Origin: an uncultured Acidobacteriota bacterium
GTDB taxonomy: Bacteria > Acidobacteriota > Blastocatellia > RBC074
NCBI GenBank assembly: GCA_963796275.1
Contig: CAWCKY010000001.1
Span: forward strand, 1-64,000
Direction of reading: 5' to 3'
DNA: 64,000 bases
Shown: piece by piece, positions 10,401 to 21,364 of the stretch
How the letters are laid out: every line of letters begins with the position of its first letter
How positions within the stretch are numbered: position 1 is the first letter of the stretch
The notes under the pieces: model-generated
Databases searched by the model: none
The model's input: the letters and a program-made list of their open reading frames with translations, nothing else
Told to the model about the DNA's origin: nothing
Made by a program: the position numbers and the translations under genes

Positions 10401-11276
10401 CGGGGAGACGGCGGCAGATGTCTGGTATCGAATTCGTCTAAAGGTAACTGATAGCCATGGATTGACTAATGAAGTCACGCGGGACATTTTTCCGAATGTC
10501 GTCACACTGACATTAAGCAGCAACATACCCGGTGCCTCTTTGACGCTTGACGGCCAGCCGGCCACTGCGCCCATTACCACGCAAAGCGTCATCGGACTCT
10601 TTCGATCTATCGGAGCGTCTTCGCCCCAGTCGATCGGCGGAAAACAGTATGAACTTATCTCCTGGTCGGACGGAGGATCTCCCTCGCATACCATTACTAC
10701 TCCGGCGGGCCCCACAACATATACCGCCACGTTTGTGGAAGACACACCCGTCACTTCTGCCTGGCTTTTCCCATTGCTGCAGTCAGCAGTAACGAGTGGA
10801 TCAGGTGATAACAATGGGTTTGAAGGAGCACCATCCAACTTGCTTATTGATGACGGTGTATTTGCGACTGATACCAATAGTGGGACGAATACCAGCAGTG
10901 GTTGCGGTAACGCAGGCAAGGATCGTCACATTGTCCGCGACTTCAATTTGACACTCCCACCTATGACAACGACAGTCAGAGGGATTGAGGTTCGTCTTGA
11001 AACAATGGCGGAGAGTTCAGGCAATGCCCCCAGACTCTGCGCGCAACTCTCATGGAATGGCGGCCTGTCCTATACATCGGCGAAATCAACGCCTACATTA
11101 ACTACACGGAGCAGGCATACATCCTGGGAGGCGTAACGGACCTATGGGGTAGAGGCAGCTGGACCACGACGCAACTATCCAATGCAAACTTCCGCGTGCG
11201 GATAATCAGCGTCGCCACATCAACGGCGCGTGACTTTTCCCTTGATGTGGTCGGAGTGCGCATTACCTCACATTGA
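7465..11276 (+). CDS. secreted LamG + 2x FN3/purple-acid-phosphatase-N + PQQ-dependent glucose/sorbosone dehydrogenase + PKD protein; frameshift near 11105
   Basis: VAAYGFNEGSG...IDEVRVY (LamG); SQVDYGLTTAYG repeats; HQGGAIHFGLDGKLY and YGLRNPF (GSDH); FDASSSSDPDGD..WNFGDG (PKD). The C-terminus continues in the frame of 11052..11276. Confidence 0.88.
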
Positions 11277-11282
11277 CGTTTT

Positions 11283-11580
11283 ATGAGGAAATTCATCTCA
11301 GGATTGATTCTCGGGGCCGGCGCTTCAAGCCGATTCGGAGCACCAAAACAACTCCTCCCGTTCAAGGGGGCGACCTTGCTCGGGTGGGTCATCAATCAGG
11401 CTGAGAGAGCAACCGCTCTTGATGAGGTGGTTGTCGTTTTAGGACGTGCGGCAGAGGAAATCCATGAGAAAGTCGTTCTCAGTGGTGTGAAGATCGTTGA
11501 AAACCCAGTCTTCAGTGAGGGATGCTCTTCTTCATATCGCGCGGGGATCGGAGCGCTCGACCCTCGATCTGACGCGCTCA
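11283..11580 (+). pseudogene. MocA/MobA-like nucleotidyltransferase N-terminal fragment, fused in frame to a Crp fragment
   Basis: GLILGAGASSRFGAPKQLL...NPVFSEGCSSS, truncated at DALM. Confidence 0.8.
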
Positions 11581-12051
11581 TGACCGAGATGGGTCTGGTT
11601 GGTAACGATGGCGTCGTTGGGATTGCCCTCTTTCTGGGTGGCAACACAGTGCGTAATCGGGCAGTGGTCCAGGTCGCGGGCGACGCCTTCAGAGTGCAGG
11701 CGCCGGTCATCCAGGAAGAGTTCAAGCGGGGCGGCCCGTGCCAACTCCTGCTGCTGCGCTACACGCAAGCGCTGATCACCCAGATCTCCCAAACGGCCGT
11801 CTGCACCGCCTGCACACCGTCTCCTGCTCACGCACGACCGGGTAGAATCAGTAGAATTGTGGCTCACCCAGGAGTTCATCCTCAATATGCTTGGCGGGCG
11901 CCGCGAGAGTGTCACGAAGGCAGCGAGACATCTGCAAGCAGCCCGCCACGTCCGTGGCCACATCACGATCCTCGATCGTAAGGGCCTGGAAGCAGCAAGC
12001 TGCGAGTGTTATCAGATGGTCAAAACCGAATTCGATCGCCTGCTCGGCTAG
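11580..12051 (+). pseudogene. Crp/Fnr regulator remnant (RRESVT type), frameshifted
   Basis: EMGLVGNDGVVGIALFLGG...SQTAVC, then LTQEFILNMLGGRRESVT..CECY in another frame; paralog of 4236..4542. Confidence 0.85.
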
Positions 12052-12128
12052 GAACTTCTGCGCTCAGACTTCCATCTCGCACCGGCGGCGAGCAAATACT
12101 CGCGCAAGCAGTTCATTCGCGGGCCTGC

Positions 12129-12893
12129 TTAAGGGCGAAAGGGCGCCTTATTCGCTCGCCTGGCCTTCTTATATCTGGCACGACTCTCCCCAATCTTCTT
12201 CTTTTGACGTTCGGATTCTCTTTGAGGGGCTTCTTGCTTATCCAGCCGGATGGCTTCGACGATGGCAGCCTGGGCCAAAGCATCCAGACGTTTCGAAGAC
12301 GCGACTAGGCCAAAAGCACCCTGGGAGGAGTACTGAAAGAGATTGAACAAGAACTGTGAATCTTCCCAACGCGCGATCACCCTTTTGCTCTGATCTAATA
12401 TTAGCTTTTCGCCTTCGTTATAGAGCTGAGTCGAGGTGAGATTGATCTCGGCGACAGGTCTGGTGGCAGTCCCGTATTTCGCCGATATCGCTTCGATAAT
12501 ATCCTCCTCCGTCATTCCTTCGGTCCGATCCGGATCATAAGTGACCTTGATTCGAAAAAGCTCTCCGTTGCAAAAACTGAAAAGGATGTTCCTCACCGAG
12601 TCTGCTCGAGGCGAAGAGCTAAGAAAGCCTTGAGGTTGCCACTCCAGTTCTTGAATCACTGCCGGGCGTTGGTGGATCGTCCTCGCCTCCGACGGTTTCA
12701 GATGTCCCTGTTCTGCGATCTCGAGCAGGGTCGTTCCAAATTGGAAATCACGGTACCTGGAAAGATCTTGTGAATCAATCACAGGCGCTGAAATCTCAGC
12801 TCCAAAAATTGAACTTGCGAAGTCGCGGATGCTGATCATTTGGGTCTCCATAACGGACTCGAAACAGGACGATTGCAATGCGTCCTCACTCAT
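12129..12893 (-). CDS. hypothetical protein
   Basis: 254-aa ORF with protein-like composition ending ...NKAPFRP; start uncertain. Confidence 0.65.
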   Translation of the reverse strand: MSEDALQSSCFESVMETQMISIRDFASSIFGAEISAPVIDSQDLSRYRDFQFGTTLLEIAEQGHLKPSEARTIHQRPAVIQELEWQPQGFLSSSPRADSVRNILFSFCNGELFRIKVTYDPDRTEGMTEEDIIEAISAKYGTATRPVAEINLTSTQLYNEGEKLILDQSKRVIARWEDSQFLFNLFQYSSQGAFGLVASSKRLDALAQAAIVEAIRLDKQEAPQRESERQKKKIGESRARYKKARRANKAPFRP

Positions 12894-12930
12894 CAGCCCT
12901 CGTTGAACAATGGAGTGTTTGCGTGCTGGT

Positions 12931-13080
12931 TTACATCGCCGTCCGGCGACTTCTGTAGATATTATAGATAAATATTACCACCGCAATAAGTGGGAGCAAA
13001 TGAATCAAACCACCGCCAACGTTGACGATCAGCCCCAAGAACCACAGAACAACAAGTATGACAAAGATTGTCCAAAGCAT
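12931..13080 (-). CDS. lmo0937-family small membrane protein (49 aa, intact)
   Basis: Manual translation MLWTIFVILVVLWFLGLIVNVGGGLIHLLPLIAVVIFIYNIYRSRRTAM*; below the ORF track cut-off. Confidence 0.85.
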   Translation of the reverse strand: MLWTIFVILVVLWFLGLIVNVGGGLIHLLPLIAVVIFIYNIYRSRRTAM

Positions 13081-13259
13081 AGTCCTTCTCCAGGTTTAGG
13101 TATTTACCCTCATACTCCGGGTCAAGTGCGCCGGGGCTTTAACCCGGCTCCAGTTTGCATTTGAATGATAGGCTGACTGCGGGTGACAAGGTTGAAAAGC
13201 CAACTGAAATTAGCTTGAGTCTTCGAATACTATTTTGAATAGACATTGATTCCTCCTTA

Positions 13260-14213
13260 TCAGGTGAGCTCTTTTTTCAGATATTCCGGATAATTCCGGA
13301 GGAGCTGATGCGCCTTGCGTTCTTCCTTTGATGACCTGACATCGCTCGCCAGTCTTAGTGACCTAAGCCCACAGATCACATACCAGCCCAGGTCAATCTG
13401 CCACCACCGGCGTCCGAATCGCGCCGCATTCGCGTCCTTGTGATGATTCCGATGCCAGTTCTCTCCCCACGCTCCAAATTGGAATGGCCCAAGCCACCAG
13501 AGGTTCCGGCTTGAATCCACACCCTCAGCCAGCCCGGGTGTCATATGCAGCAAACTATTGACGAACATTTGAAAGTGCAGCACATAGACCAGGCGAATAG
13601 CCCCAATCCAAAAGAACCCTTCCCAGCCCAACATCAGCCCCGAAAAGATGGAAATTATGATGATTGGAATTTGTAGCCTCGCCCAAATCCGATACCTTGG
13701 CTGGTCTAAATCGGGGCACCAGCGGCGAACCTCTGAGCCCGACCACTGATAGATCCACCTGAGGTGCGCCCACCAGAAACCACCGTAGCGCGGACTCGAG
13801 ATATCTTCCTCGGTATCGGCCTTCGCGTGATGATGGCGATGATTGGCCACCCACGACAGCGGCGCTCCCGAGGCGTTGAAGATGGAGAAAAAGATCAACA
13901 TATTCACAACCCCTCGATTCAACCGCAATGAGCGGTGGGCCAGGCAGCGGTGATAGCAGACCGAGGTCCCGATCCCGCCGATTGAAGCGACTGCCAAGGC
14001 CACGGCGAGGACGTGCCAACCTGGTAAGGGAAACATGATTAGCCCGACCAGCGCCAGAGCGTGAATCAGCACAATGTAGAATAAGACCGGGGCGTTTCCT
14101 TCCGAAGGCTGCCACCATGGCCTCGTCCAAGGCCGCTCGTGAGCGCTTGGAATCGGACAATTTGCTCGCTCTCCAACTAGAGTTGAAGTTTGGCATCTTG
14201 ATTGTCGCAACAT
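13260..14213 (-). CDS. fatty acid (acyl-CoA delta-9 type) desaturase
   Basis: His boxes YHRCLAH, HRHHH and GENWHRNHH; RWWQIDLGW. Confidence 0.9.
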   Translation of the reverse strand: MLRQSRCQTSTLVGERANCPIPSAHERPWTRPWWQPSEGNAPVLFYIVLIHALALVGLIMFPLPGWHVLAVALAVASIGGIGTSVCYHRCLAHRSLRLNRGVVNMLIFFSIFNASGAPLSWVANHRHHHAKADTEEDISSPRYGGFWWAHLRWIYQWSGSEVRRWCPDLDQPRYRIWARLQIPIIIISIFSGLMLGWEGFFWIGAIRLVYVLHFQMFVNSLLHMTPGLAEGVDSSRNLWWLGPFQFGAWGENWHRNHHKDANAARFGRRWWQIDLGWYVICGLRSLRLASDVRSSKEERKAHQLLRNYPEYLKKELT

Positions 14214-14329
14214 AGAAGGCCCCTTTCTTTCAAATCATAAGGCTTCAGGTACATCTTCAAGTACCTGGCAAGTAAGCGCCCGAATAATGGAATAATGAGC
14301 CGTTCAGTAAATTCTTAAGCTCCATGCCG

Positions 14330-14372
14330 ATGATCGGCCAGTCCGGGATAAATTGCCGTCCAATATTGGACA
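14330..14372 (-). promoter_or_regulatory. Crp-type box CGTCCAATATTGGACA upstream of the desaturase
   Basis: Palindrome 14358-14371, centre 14364/14365, with the same spacing to a GATCAT hexamer at 14335-14330. Confidence 0.6.
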
Positions 14373-14435
14373 GGTCCGGAAGGAAAGGTGACGGAGGTGT
14401 GCTTAATGATACGAGCAGAGTCGTTTCGGGTGGCA

Positions 14436-15002
14436 TCAGATTAAGGTTAAGGCTCGCGCTTGCGAATCTACCGAGACAAGCTGCTCCAACATTTCGATCT
14501 GCCGCTGTTGCATCCGCACAAGATGTATCAAGGTAGAGTCCCGCAGCTCATTGAATTTTTCGTGGAGTTGCATAATCTCCAGCTCGGCTTTCAGATTGAC
14601 CTCATAGTCGTTCTTCGCTTGCAGGTGGTCTTTTTCGGATTGGCGGTTCTGGCTCATCATGATGATCGGCGCGGCATATGCAGCCTGGAATGACAGCGCG
14701 AGGTTGAGCAGGATAAACGGGTACGGGTCCCAGTGGTAAACATACGCGGTGATATTCACCGTAATCCACACGGCAAGCAAGGCGCTTTGAATGACGATAA
14801 ATCGCCACGAGCCGACGATCCGAGCGAAGCGATCCGCGAGCCGTTGCCCGAACGTCATTTGCTCCTCGAACTCGCGCGCCACGTTGCGCGCTATCCGGCC
14901 GCGGCTGATGAATCGCTCGACTACCTGGCGCTCCTGCTCAGAGAGCTTTTCGAGCTCTTTTGCCAGAAACCTCTTTGCTGTCTCGGTTCTGTTTTCAGCC
15001 AT
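14436..15002 (-). CDS. DUF1003 domain membrane protein
   Basis: GQRLAD..GSWRFI..WDPYPFILLNLALSFQAAYAAPIIMMSQNRQ. Confidence 0.92.
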   Translation of the reverse strand: MAENRTETAKRFLAKELEKLSEQERQVVERFISRGRIARNVAREFEEQMTFGQRLADRFARIVGSWRFIVIQSALLAVWITVNITAYVYHWDPYPFILLNLALSFQAAYAAPIIMMSQNRQSEKDHLQAKNDYEVNLKAELEIMQLHEKFNELRDSTLIHLVRMQQRQIEMLEQLVSVDSQARALTLI

Positions 15003-15096
15003 TGGTCATGCGGATGATTGTTTTGATCAGATTATCATTTATTTTCGCGACTGCACCGCGTCTCGCAGGCGATAGCCCGAACGCAAGCACATAGGA

Positions 15097-16020
15097 TCAG
15101 AAAATACTTTTCAGTTTCCAGTTTTTAGTTCTCAGTTGGATGATCGTCGTTGAAAACTGACAACTTTCGTTTCGTTCACGGTCCTCCTCAGTTCGTCGCA
15201 GTTCGGCGCTCTTCCCCCTGACGCGATACAGGCTGCGGCGCTCAGTCTCGGTGAGAGGGTCGTTATCGTAAACGATCACGACCATACCGATCTTTGCAAT
15301 TGCACTGAATTCTTGGGCGGCGAACATCGGGATGCGAATGCAACCATGACTGTCCGGATAAGGTGGAACCGATGGATAGCCGTGAATGGCTATCCCGGAG
15401 TAAATGTAATTAGGGTAGTAAAGCAATCCAAGCGGGCTTTTTCGCCAGCCCTCGATCTTGCGATGAACCTCGAATCTGCCGGTGGGCGTAATGGCTCGTC
15501 GCGTCACACCACCTTCGGTAAACAGCTTATCGGAACCCGATGAGATCGATAAAATGCGCGGCGCAGCCCCCACGCAGTCAATGACGAACAAAACCTGCCG
15601 GTCGAGGTCAATTTCAATTTGTGGGCAATCCGATTCCAACAATTGTGGCCTTCGAGCGCCGCGTAAAACCTCGAGCTCTTCCCTGGTCAGCATGCCTGTC
15701 CGCTCTCGTCCTTCGATCTTTTGCAGAGCGGTTATCGCGTGATGCAATGAGACATCATTCCCTGTCGCTTCAAGGCTGACCCAATAACCAAGCTGATCGA
15801 GAAGCTTTCTGGCTTCTCTTATTTCCACATCAGATAAACCCTTCGCTACTGGTCCTCTTTTCTTGGCCGGAGCGGTTTGTGGATTTTGTGACCGCTGCGG
15901 TGATGGCCTATCAGGTACTCGAGTCTGCATTTGCGGCCAGGCAGTGGCAGCCATCACATCGGACTTAAACAGTGTGATCGTCAACACCAAGAAAACCGCT
16001 TGTATGATTGTTTGTTTCAT
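15097..16020 (-). CDS. L,D-transpeptidase (YkuD) with peptidoglycan-binding domain
   Basis: Signal peptide; IEIDLDRQVL, TPTGRF, GIAIHG, SHGCIR. Confidence 0.88.
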   Translation of the reverse strand: MKQTIIQAVFLVLTITLFKSDVMAATAWPQMQTRVPDRPSPQRSQNPQTAPAKKRGPVAKGLSDVEIREARKLLDQLGYWVSLEATGNDVSLHHAITALQKIEGRERTGMLTREELEVLRGARRPQLLESDCPQIEIDLDRQVLFVIDCVGAAPRILSISSGSDKLFTEGGVTRRAITPTGRFEVHRKIEGWRKSPLGLLYYPNYIYSGIAIHGYPSVPPYPDSHGCIRIPMFAAQEFSAIAKIGMVVIVYDNDPLTETERRSLYRVRGKSAELRRTEEDRERNESCQFSTTIIQLRTKNWKLKSIF

Positions 16021-16074
16021 ATATCTGCTCCAGGCTTTCGTATGGACTCTGCCCGCATTCAGGTAAAGCCTCTC

Positions 16075-16525
16075 CTAGCGGAGAAGGGTTGAAACTACAT
16101 CTTTGAGCGCATTAATCACGGGCGGCACAATGCGTCCGGCTCTACTGCGCGGGTTACGGCTGCCGAAGAGTAACATGGCGACTCCGATCCCGGCGCCAAA
16201 GGCAATCAGTGTCGCGGTGCCGGGGTTCTCACGACTGTAACTCTTTACCCGGCCATAGGTCTCATTGACAGTCCGGCTGGTTTTGTCATAAGTGTCTTTT
16301 ACCGTCTTGCTCGCCGTTTCGTAAGCAGCCGTGATTACCTGTTTGGTCTGATCAACGACATCAGTGACGCGATTCTCTTCCGAGTTCCCACTAACAGCCA
16401 ACTGTGATTCGTCACCAGCAAAATGGCTGGTTTGCTCGACGGGAGAACTGGCTGCGCCTTGTCCCTTGCCTTGATTTCCATCTGTGGGTTTACCTGATTC
16501 GTTTTTCTTTTGTTGTCGCTTCCAT
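16075..16525 (-). pseudogene. DUF883/YtxH-like tail-anchored stress protein, frameshift in an A-run just after the start
   Basis: GGAGG RBS and ATG at 16525 (MEATTKEK) are out of frame with ...YSRENPGTATLIAFGAGIGVAMLL. Confidence 0.65.
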
Positions 16526-16702
16526 AATCCTCCTTGAGTGAAATTGATATTTCGCGCCTCCAGATCAGACTCAACTCGCACTTCGCGGGGAGACTTTGAC
16601 TGCATCCCCGGCGCATTCCGGTAGTAGTCACCGCCAACATGGCCCAGTCGCCAGTACGTTAGCTGGACAATCGCCAACCTCGACTCCGGATTACATTTGC
16701 CA

Positions 16703-16768
16703 ATGATAGGCTGACTTTGGGTGGGGTTTCCGTCCAATATTGGACGAGTTTGAAAAGAGTTATCGCAA
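16703..16768 (-). promoter_or_regulatory. class II Crp/Fnr-type promoter: CGTCCAATATTGGACG box at -42.5, -10 TATCAT
   Basis: Palindrome centre 16738/16739; -10 at 16708-16703. Confidence 0.7.
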
Positions 16769-16816
16769 GGCTTGATGTGAACCGCCCCGGAAATCCCGGA
16801 GACAATTTTCGTTGAG

Positions 16817-18036
<1,220 letters not shown>

Positions 18037-18087
18037 GACTCCAATCCTCTCAAGTGTTGGAGTCTCCGGCAATCCCGGGGCGGTTCA

Positions 18088-18398
18088 TTATTACTTGTAA
18101 CGAGACTCACACAATTCATCCTTCGTCTGGAACATTCGCCTCCTATGTGGCGCGTACGTGTGACCAGGGAGTGAAGAGCGAGTTCGAGAAGCACTGCCTT
18201 GAATGCGAGGACTGCCAGAAGCAGCTGATCATTTTACTGCGCCTGTGTTTCGAAGAACCGACAGCCGAGGAGCAGCAGATGCTGGAGGCCCAGCGTGAAG
18301 CGCTACACAATGCGGTGATGCGTTTCCTGCACCTCTATAGAAGATTGTTGGCGTGGAATTCCGCATTGCGTACAGCACGTGCGGCAGGTAAACATTAA
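18088..18398 (+). pseudogene. zf-HC2 (anti-sigma zinc finger) protein, 5' end removed by IS3
   Basis: HPSSGTFASY...FEKHCLECEDC (HxxxCxxC). Confidence 0.65.
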
Positions 18399-19018
18399 TG
18401 TTTAAGCCTTTGGAAAAATTTGTCTCCGATCTGCGTCCATTGCTAAAAAATTTTAGATTTACATCCCGCGCTGGCTGAGGACGCTAAAGGCCGGATGGTC
18501 TGTGAGAACCTGTAGAGGTTCAGCCATCCGGCCTTTTCGGGCAGCCGCGAGGCGTTTTGCTTGGTATGGATATGTAAGATGGCCACCGTTTGACGGACAC
18601 GATCTCGCTGGTGCCGGTCTGTCAAATTTTGCAGTGGATAAGCTGGTGTCGGCTAAGACTGGAGTTGCGGGAGAAATTTTGATTTTTATTAGGCTCCTCG
18701 TTTTGACGCCCCTTTAAGCAATAATCAAAATCCTCCGTGAGCGCCAAGTCCGGCTGATCTGATGGTGCCCCCCTGAGCGCTCCGGAGACAGAAATGAAGT
18801 CACGCGCGCCGCTTACTCTTAAACCTGACACAGTATCTGGACCGGCTGCGCTTCCATTGCGGTTTCGAGTACGGCAGGCCCTCTATTCTTCGCCTGACAA
18901 GCTTAATGCCTTCGACCCAAGCCGTCATGACCTTGATGAAACTCCAGCCCAACTCTTCGAATTCACGGTCTGTAGCGATTGGCTCATACTGGCGCGGATC
19001 GCATTATCGATCGCTCCG

Positions 19019-19348
19019 TTATCGATCCAACCACTCAGCACCGCGAGAACAACTCCAGCCCAATTCTTCGTAGGCTCCAAGTCCAATCCCCAGTAACCGT
19101 GTTCCTCTCACGATCACGCCATGATCTTCCACAAATGTTGCGAACAAATCGGCCAATGACTGTGATTTACGCCCCGTTCTTGGAGTTTTGCGAGCATGAA
19201 AGTCCGGGCGCTTTTTTCTCACCATGTCCCGCTTCCGTTCAAATCCTTCGGCCCACCTGGCGAACATCGATGCAAAGTGTCCCAGAGCCTGGCATTCCTC
19301 AGGAAAACGTTTCAGCACTACATCCGCACTCTCCAATTTCGCCGTCAC
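19019..19348 (-). CDS. hypothetical protein, possibly frameshifted and continuing toward ~18800
   Basis: Overlaps the upstream ORF by 4 nt; the EELGWS motif is repeated in another frame at ~18940. Confidence 0.35.
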   Translation of the reverse strand: MTAKLESADVVLKRFPEECQALGHFASMFARWAEGFERKRDMVRKKRPDFHARKTPRTGRKSQSLADLFATFVEDHGVIVRGTRLLGIGLGAYEELGWSCSRGAEWLDR

Positions 19349-19653
19349 GTGCTTCTTATATAAGAGTCTATGAATTCACTGATGGGCGGCACTTCGTGAC
19401 CGGTTACAGGATCGAATGATGGCGATGTTCCTCCCGTGCTCCACTCACCCAAGGCGGCCACGAAGAATAATCCGAGGTCTTCTACCTCCCGCTGAGTGAT
19501 ATCCAGCACACAAACATCCCCTTGATGGGAATGGCTGTCCTGCAAAAACCTATTGAAGTACTCATCGATGCTCTGTTTATCTCTTTTCATTGCATCCTCC
19601 ATTTGTATGTTCTCTTTTCCTCCCTCGGGCGATTGCCGCTGATGAATTTCCAT
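19345..19653 (-). CDS. hypothetical protein
   Basis: ORF downstream of the sigma-54 regulator; GGAGG RBS before MKRDKQ. Confidence 0.45.
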   Translation of the reverse strand: MEIHQRQSPEGGKENIQMEDAMKRDKQSIDEYFNRFLQDSHSHQGDVCVLDITQREVEDLGLFFVAALGEWSTGGTSPSFDPVTGHEVPPISEFIDSYIRST

Positions 19654-19683
19654 CCGGACACGACTTCGAGTCCGATTCTTCGG

Positions 19684-21129
19684 TTAACAACGGCGTCTCT
19701 TTTTCCGGTTGTCGACATCTTCAATCCGCGCCATTGCGCGCTTCCGCCAGTTAATGAACCCCGGCGCCCCCAATCCCAGCATCCGCCCCGCGTTGGTGTT
19801 GTTTCCTCCGCACCTATCCAGGACCAGTTGAGTGATCTGCAATCCATGCCGGTCCAGGTGCCGTTGCAGAGAGTCTCCCTCGGTCAGTGCGCCCGCGGGG
19901 TACTCGATCCGGCTGGTTGCCGTTGTCCCGTTAACGATCTCCTCCGGCAAGTGAGCGGTCGTGATGAGGTCGCTTTCTTCCAACGTCATGGCCTGCTCTA
20001 TGGCGTGGAGTAATTCGCGCACATTACCGGGCCACGTGTAGCGCCGGAAGAGGTCCATCACTTCCGGGGCTAGTCCCACTACCTGCCGGTTCAGTTTTTG
20101 GTTGAGTTGTTGAATGTGGTGATCGGCGATCAGGAACAGATCATCCTCCCTCTCGCGTAAGGGCGGGATGTTTATCCTGATGACAGCCAGGCGGTAATAT
20201 ATATCCAGCCGGAATCTGCCGGCATCGACCTCCGCACGAAGATTGCGGTTAGTGGCCGCAATCACACGCGCGTCGAGGGTGAGCGTCCTGTTTCCCCCGA
20301 CACGTCGATACTCACCGTCTTCAAGGACTTTCAGCAGCTTCGACTGCAGCTTCAGATCTATCTCTCCGATCTCGTCGAGAAAAATGGTCCCACCCTTGGC
20401 CTGCTCAAAGAGCCCCACCCGCTGCACTACGGCGTTGGTGAAGGCCCCCTTCTCATGACCGAACAGTTCGCTTTCGATCAGATCGGCCGGAAGGTTCGCG
20501 CAGTTGATCGACATGAAGGACCCGCCGGCGCGGGACGAACTTTTATGAATCCCCTTGGCGATGACACCTTTCCCGCTTCCGCTCTCGCCTAATAGGAGTA
20601 CCGCCCCGGTACTGTGCGCGATCTTGAAAATGGTATTGCTGAGTTCCCGTATCGCTTTCGATTCGCCTTTCAGCCCCTCGATTCTCGGTATGGCTGCGCT
20701 TCCCTTCACCGTTTGCCTGGGCAGCACCCCGAGCCGGGCTTGCAAATTGAGACGATCAATAAGGCAGGCTGCTATCAAGGCCCGATCCTCAACCTTTTGC
20801 CGGGCCACCTCGCCGGTCGGCGAGCTCAGCCTTGCCGACAGCCGCGTTTGTCCACTTTCGACGTCGATGTCGCACTCATGGATATTTCCCGTCCCCGCCT
20901 CGGAGAAGGTGAACTCCTGTTGTTGCCCGCCGCACATTAGCTTGACGCCACACAAAACAACGCCCGCCTCCTCCTCGATTTCCCTGAAGGCGTTGACCAC
21001 GTCTTCGACGGTCTGTGCCCGCGCCATTTTTCTTAACGGGCGCTCATCACACACACGATCCTCAGTGTGCGGAGGAACGTGTAATGAAGCCCTGTTCGAT
21101 TGCGATCGACGGGAGTAGTCCGATGACAT
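19684..21129 (-). CDS. sigma-54-dependent Fis-family transcriptional regulator (bEBP)
   Basis: GESGSGK, ESELFGHEKGAFTNA, FLDEIGE, WPGNVREL and a C-terminal HTH. Confidence 0.95.
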   Translation of the reverse strand: MSSDYSRRSQSNRASLHVPPHTEDRVCDERPLRKMARAQTVEDVVNAFREIEEEAGVVLCGVKLMCGGQQQEFTFSEAGTGNIHECDIDVESGQTRLSARLSSPTGEVARQKVEDRALIAACLIDRLNLQARLGVLPRQTVKGSAAIPRIEGLKGESKAIRELSNTIFKIAHSTGAVLLLGESGSGKGVIAKGIHKSSSRAGGSFMSINCANLPADLIESELFGHEKGAFTNAVVQRVGLFEQAKGGTIFLDEIGEIDLKLQSKLLKVLEDGEYRRVGGNRTLTLDARVIAATNRNLRAEVDAGRFRLDIYYRLAVIRINIPPLREREDDLFLIADHHIQQLNQKLNRQVVGLAPEVMDLFRRYTWPGNVRELLHAIEQAMTLEESDLITTAHLPEEIVNGTTATSRIEYPAGALTEGDSLQRHLDRHGLQITQLVLDRCGGNNTNAGRMLGLGAPGFINWRKRAMARIEDVDNRKKRRRC

Positions 21130-21273
21130 AGCAATAGCAATCTTCCATTGAGCAACATAACATCCACGCGGGGCGGCATAGCGCGGTGGCTGTGATGCCG
21201 GAGATACGGGGGATTCTCTGGTGCATACACTCTATACCGATTTCAAACATCTTGTCGGTCGGAGCTTCCGACA

Positions 21274-21310
21274 AATGTCGTGGTGGCGACAAAGTCGCCA
21301 CCACGACATT
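21274..21310. repeat. perfect 17-bp inverted repeat with a 3-nt spacer
   Basis: AATGTCGTGGTGGCGAC-aaa-GTCGCCACCACGACATT between the Crp and bEBP genes. Confidence 0.8.
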
Positions 21311-21364
21311 TCTCCTCGCAATACCCTGCGATTACTATATCTGCGAGATTTTACGGCGGTGCGC

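Noticed and set aside
2680-16768. Recurrent ~65-bp repeat as a CRISPR array
   Set aside because: Copies are dispersed and irregularly spaced, with no spacers or cas genes; the geometry fits promoters.
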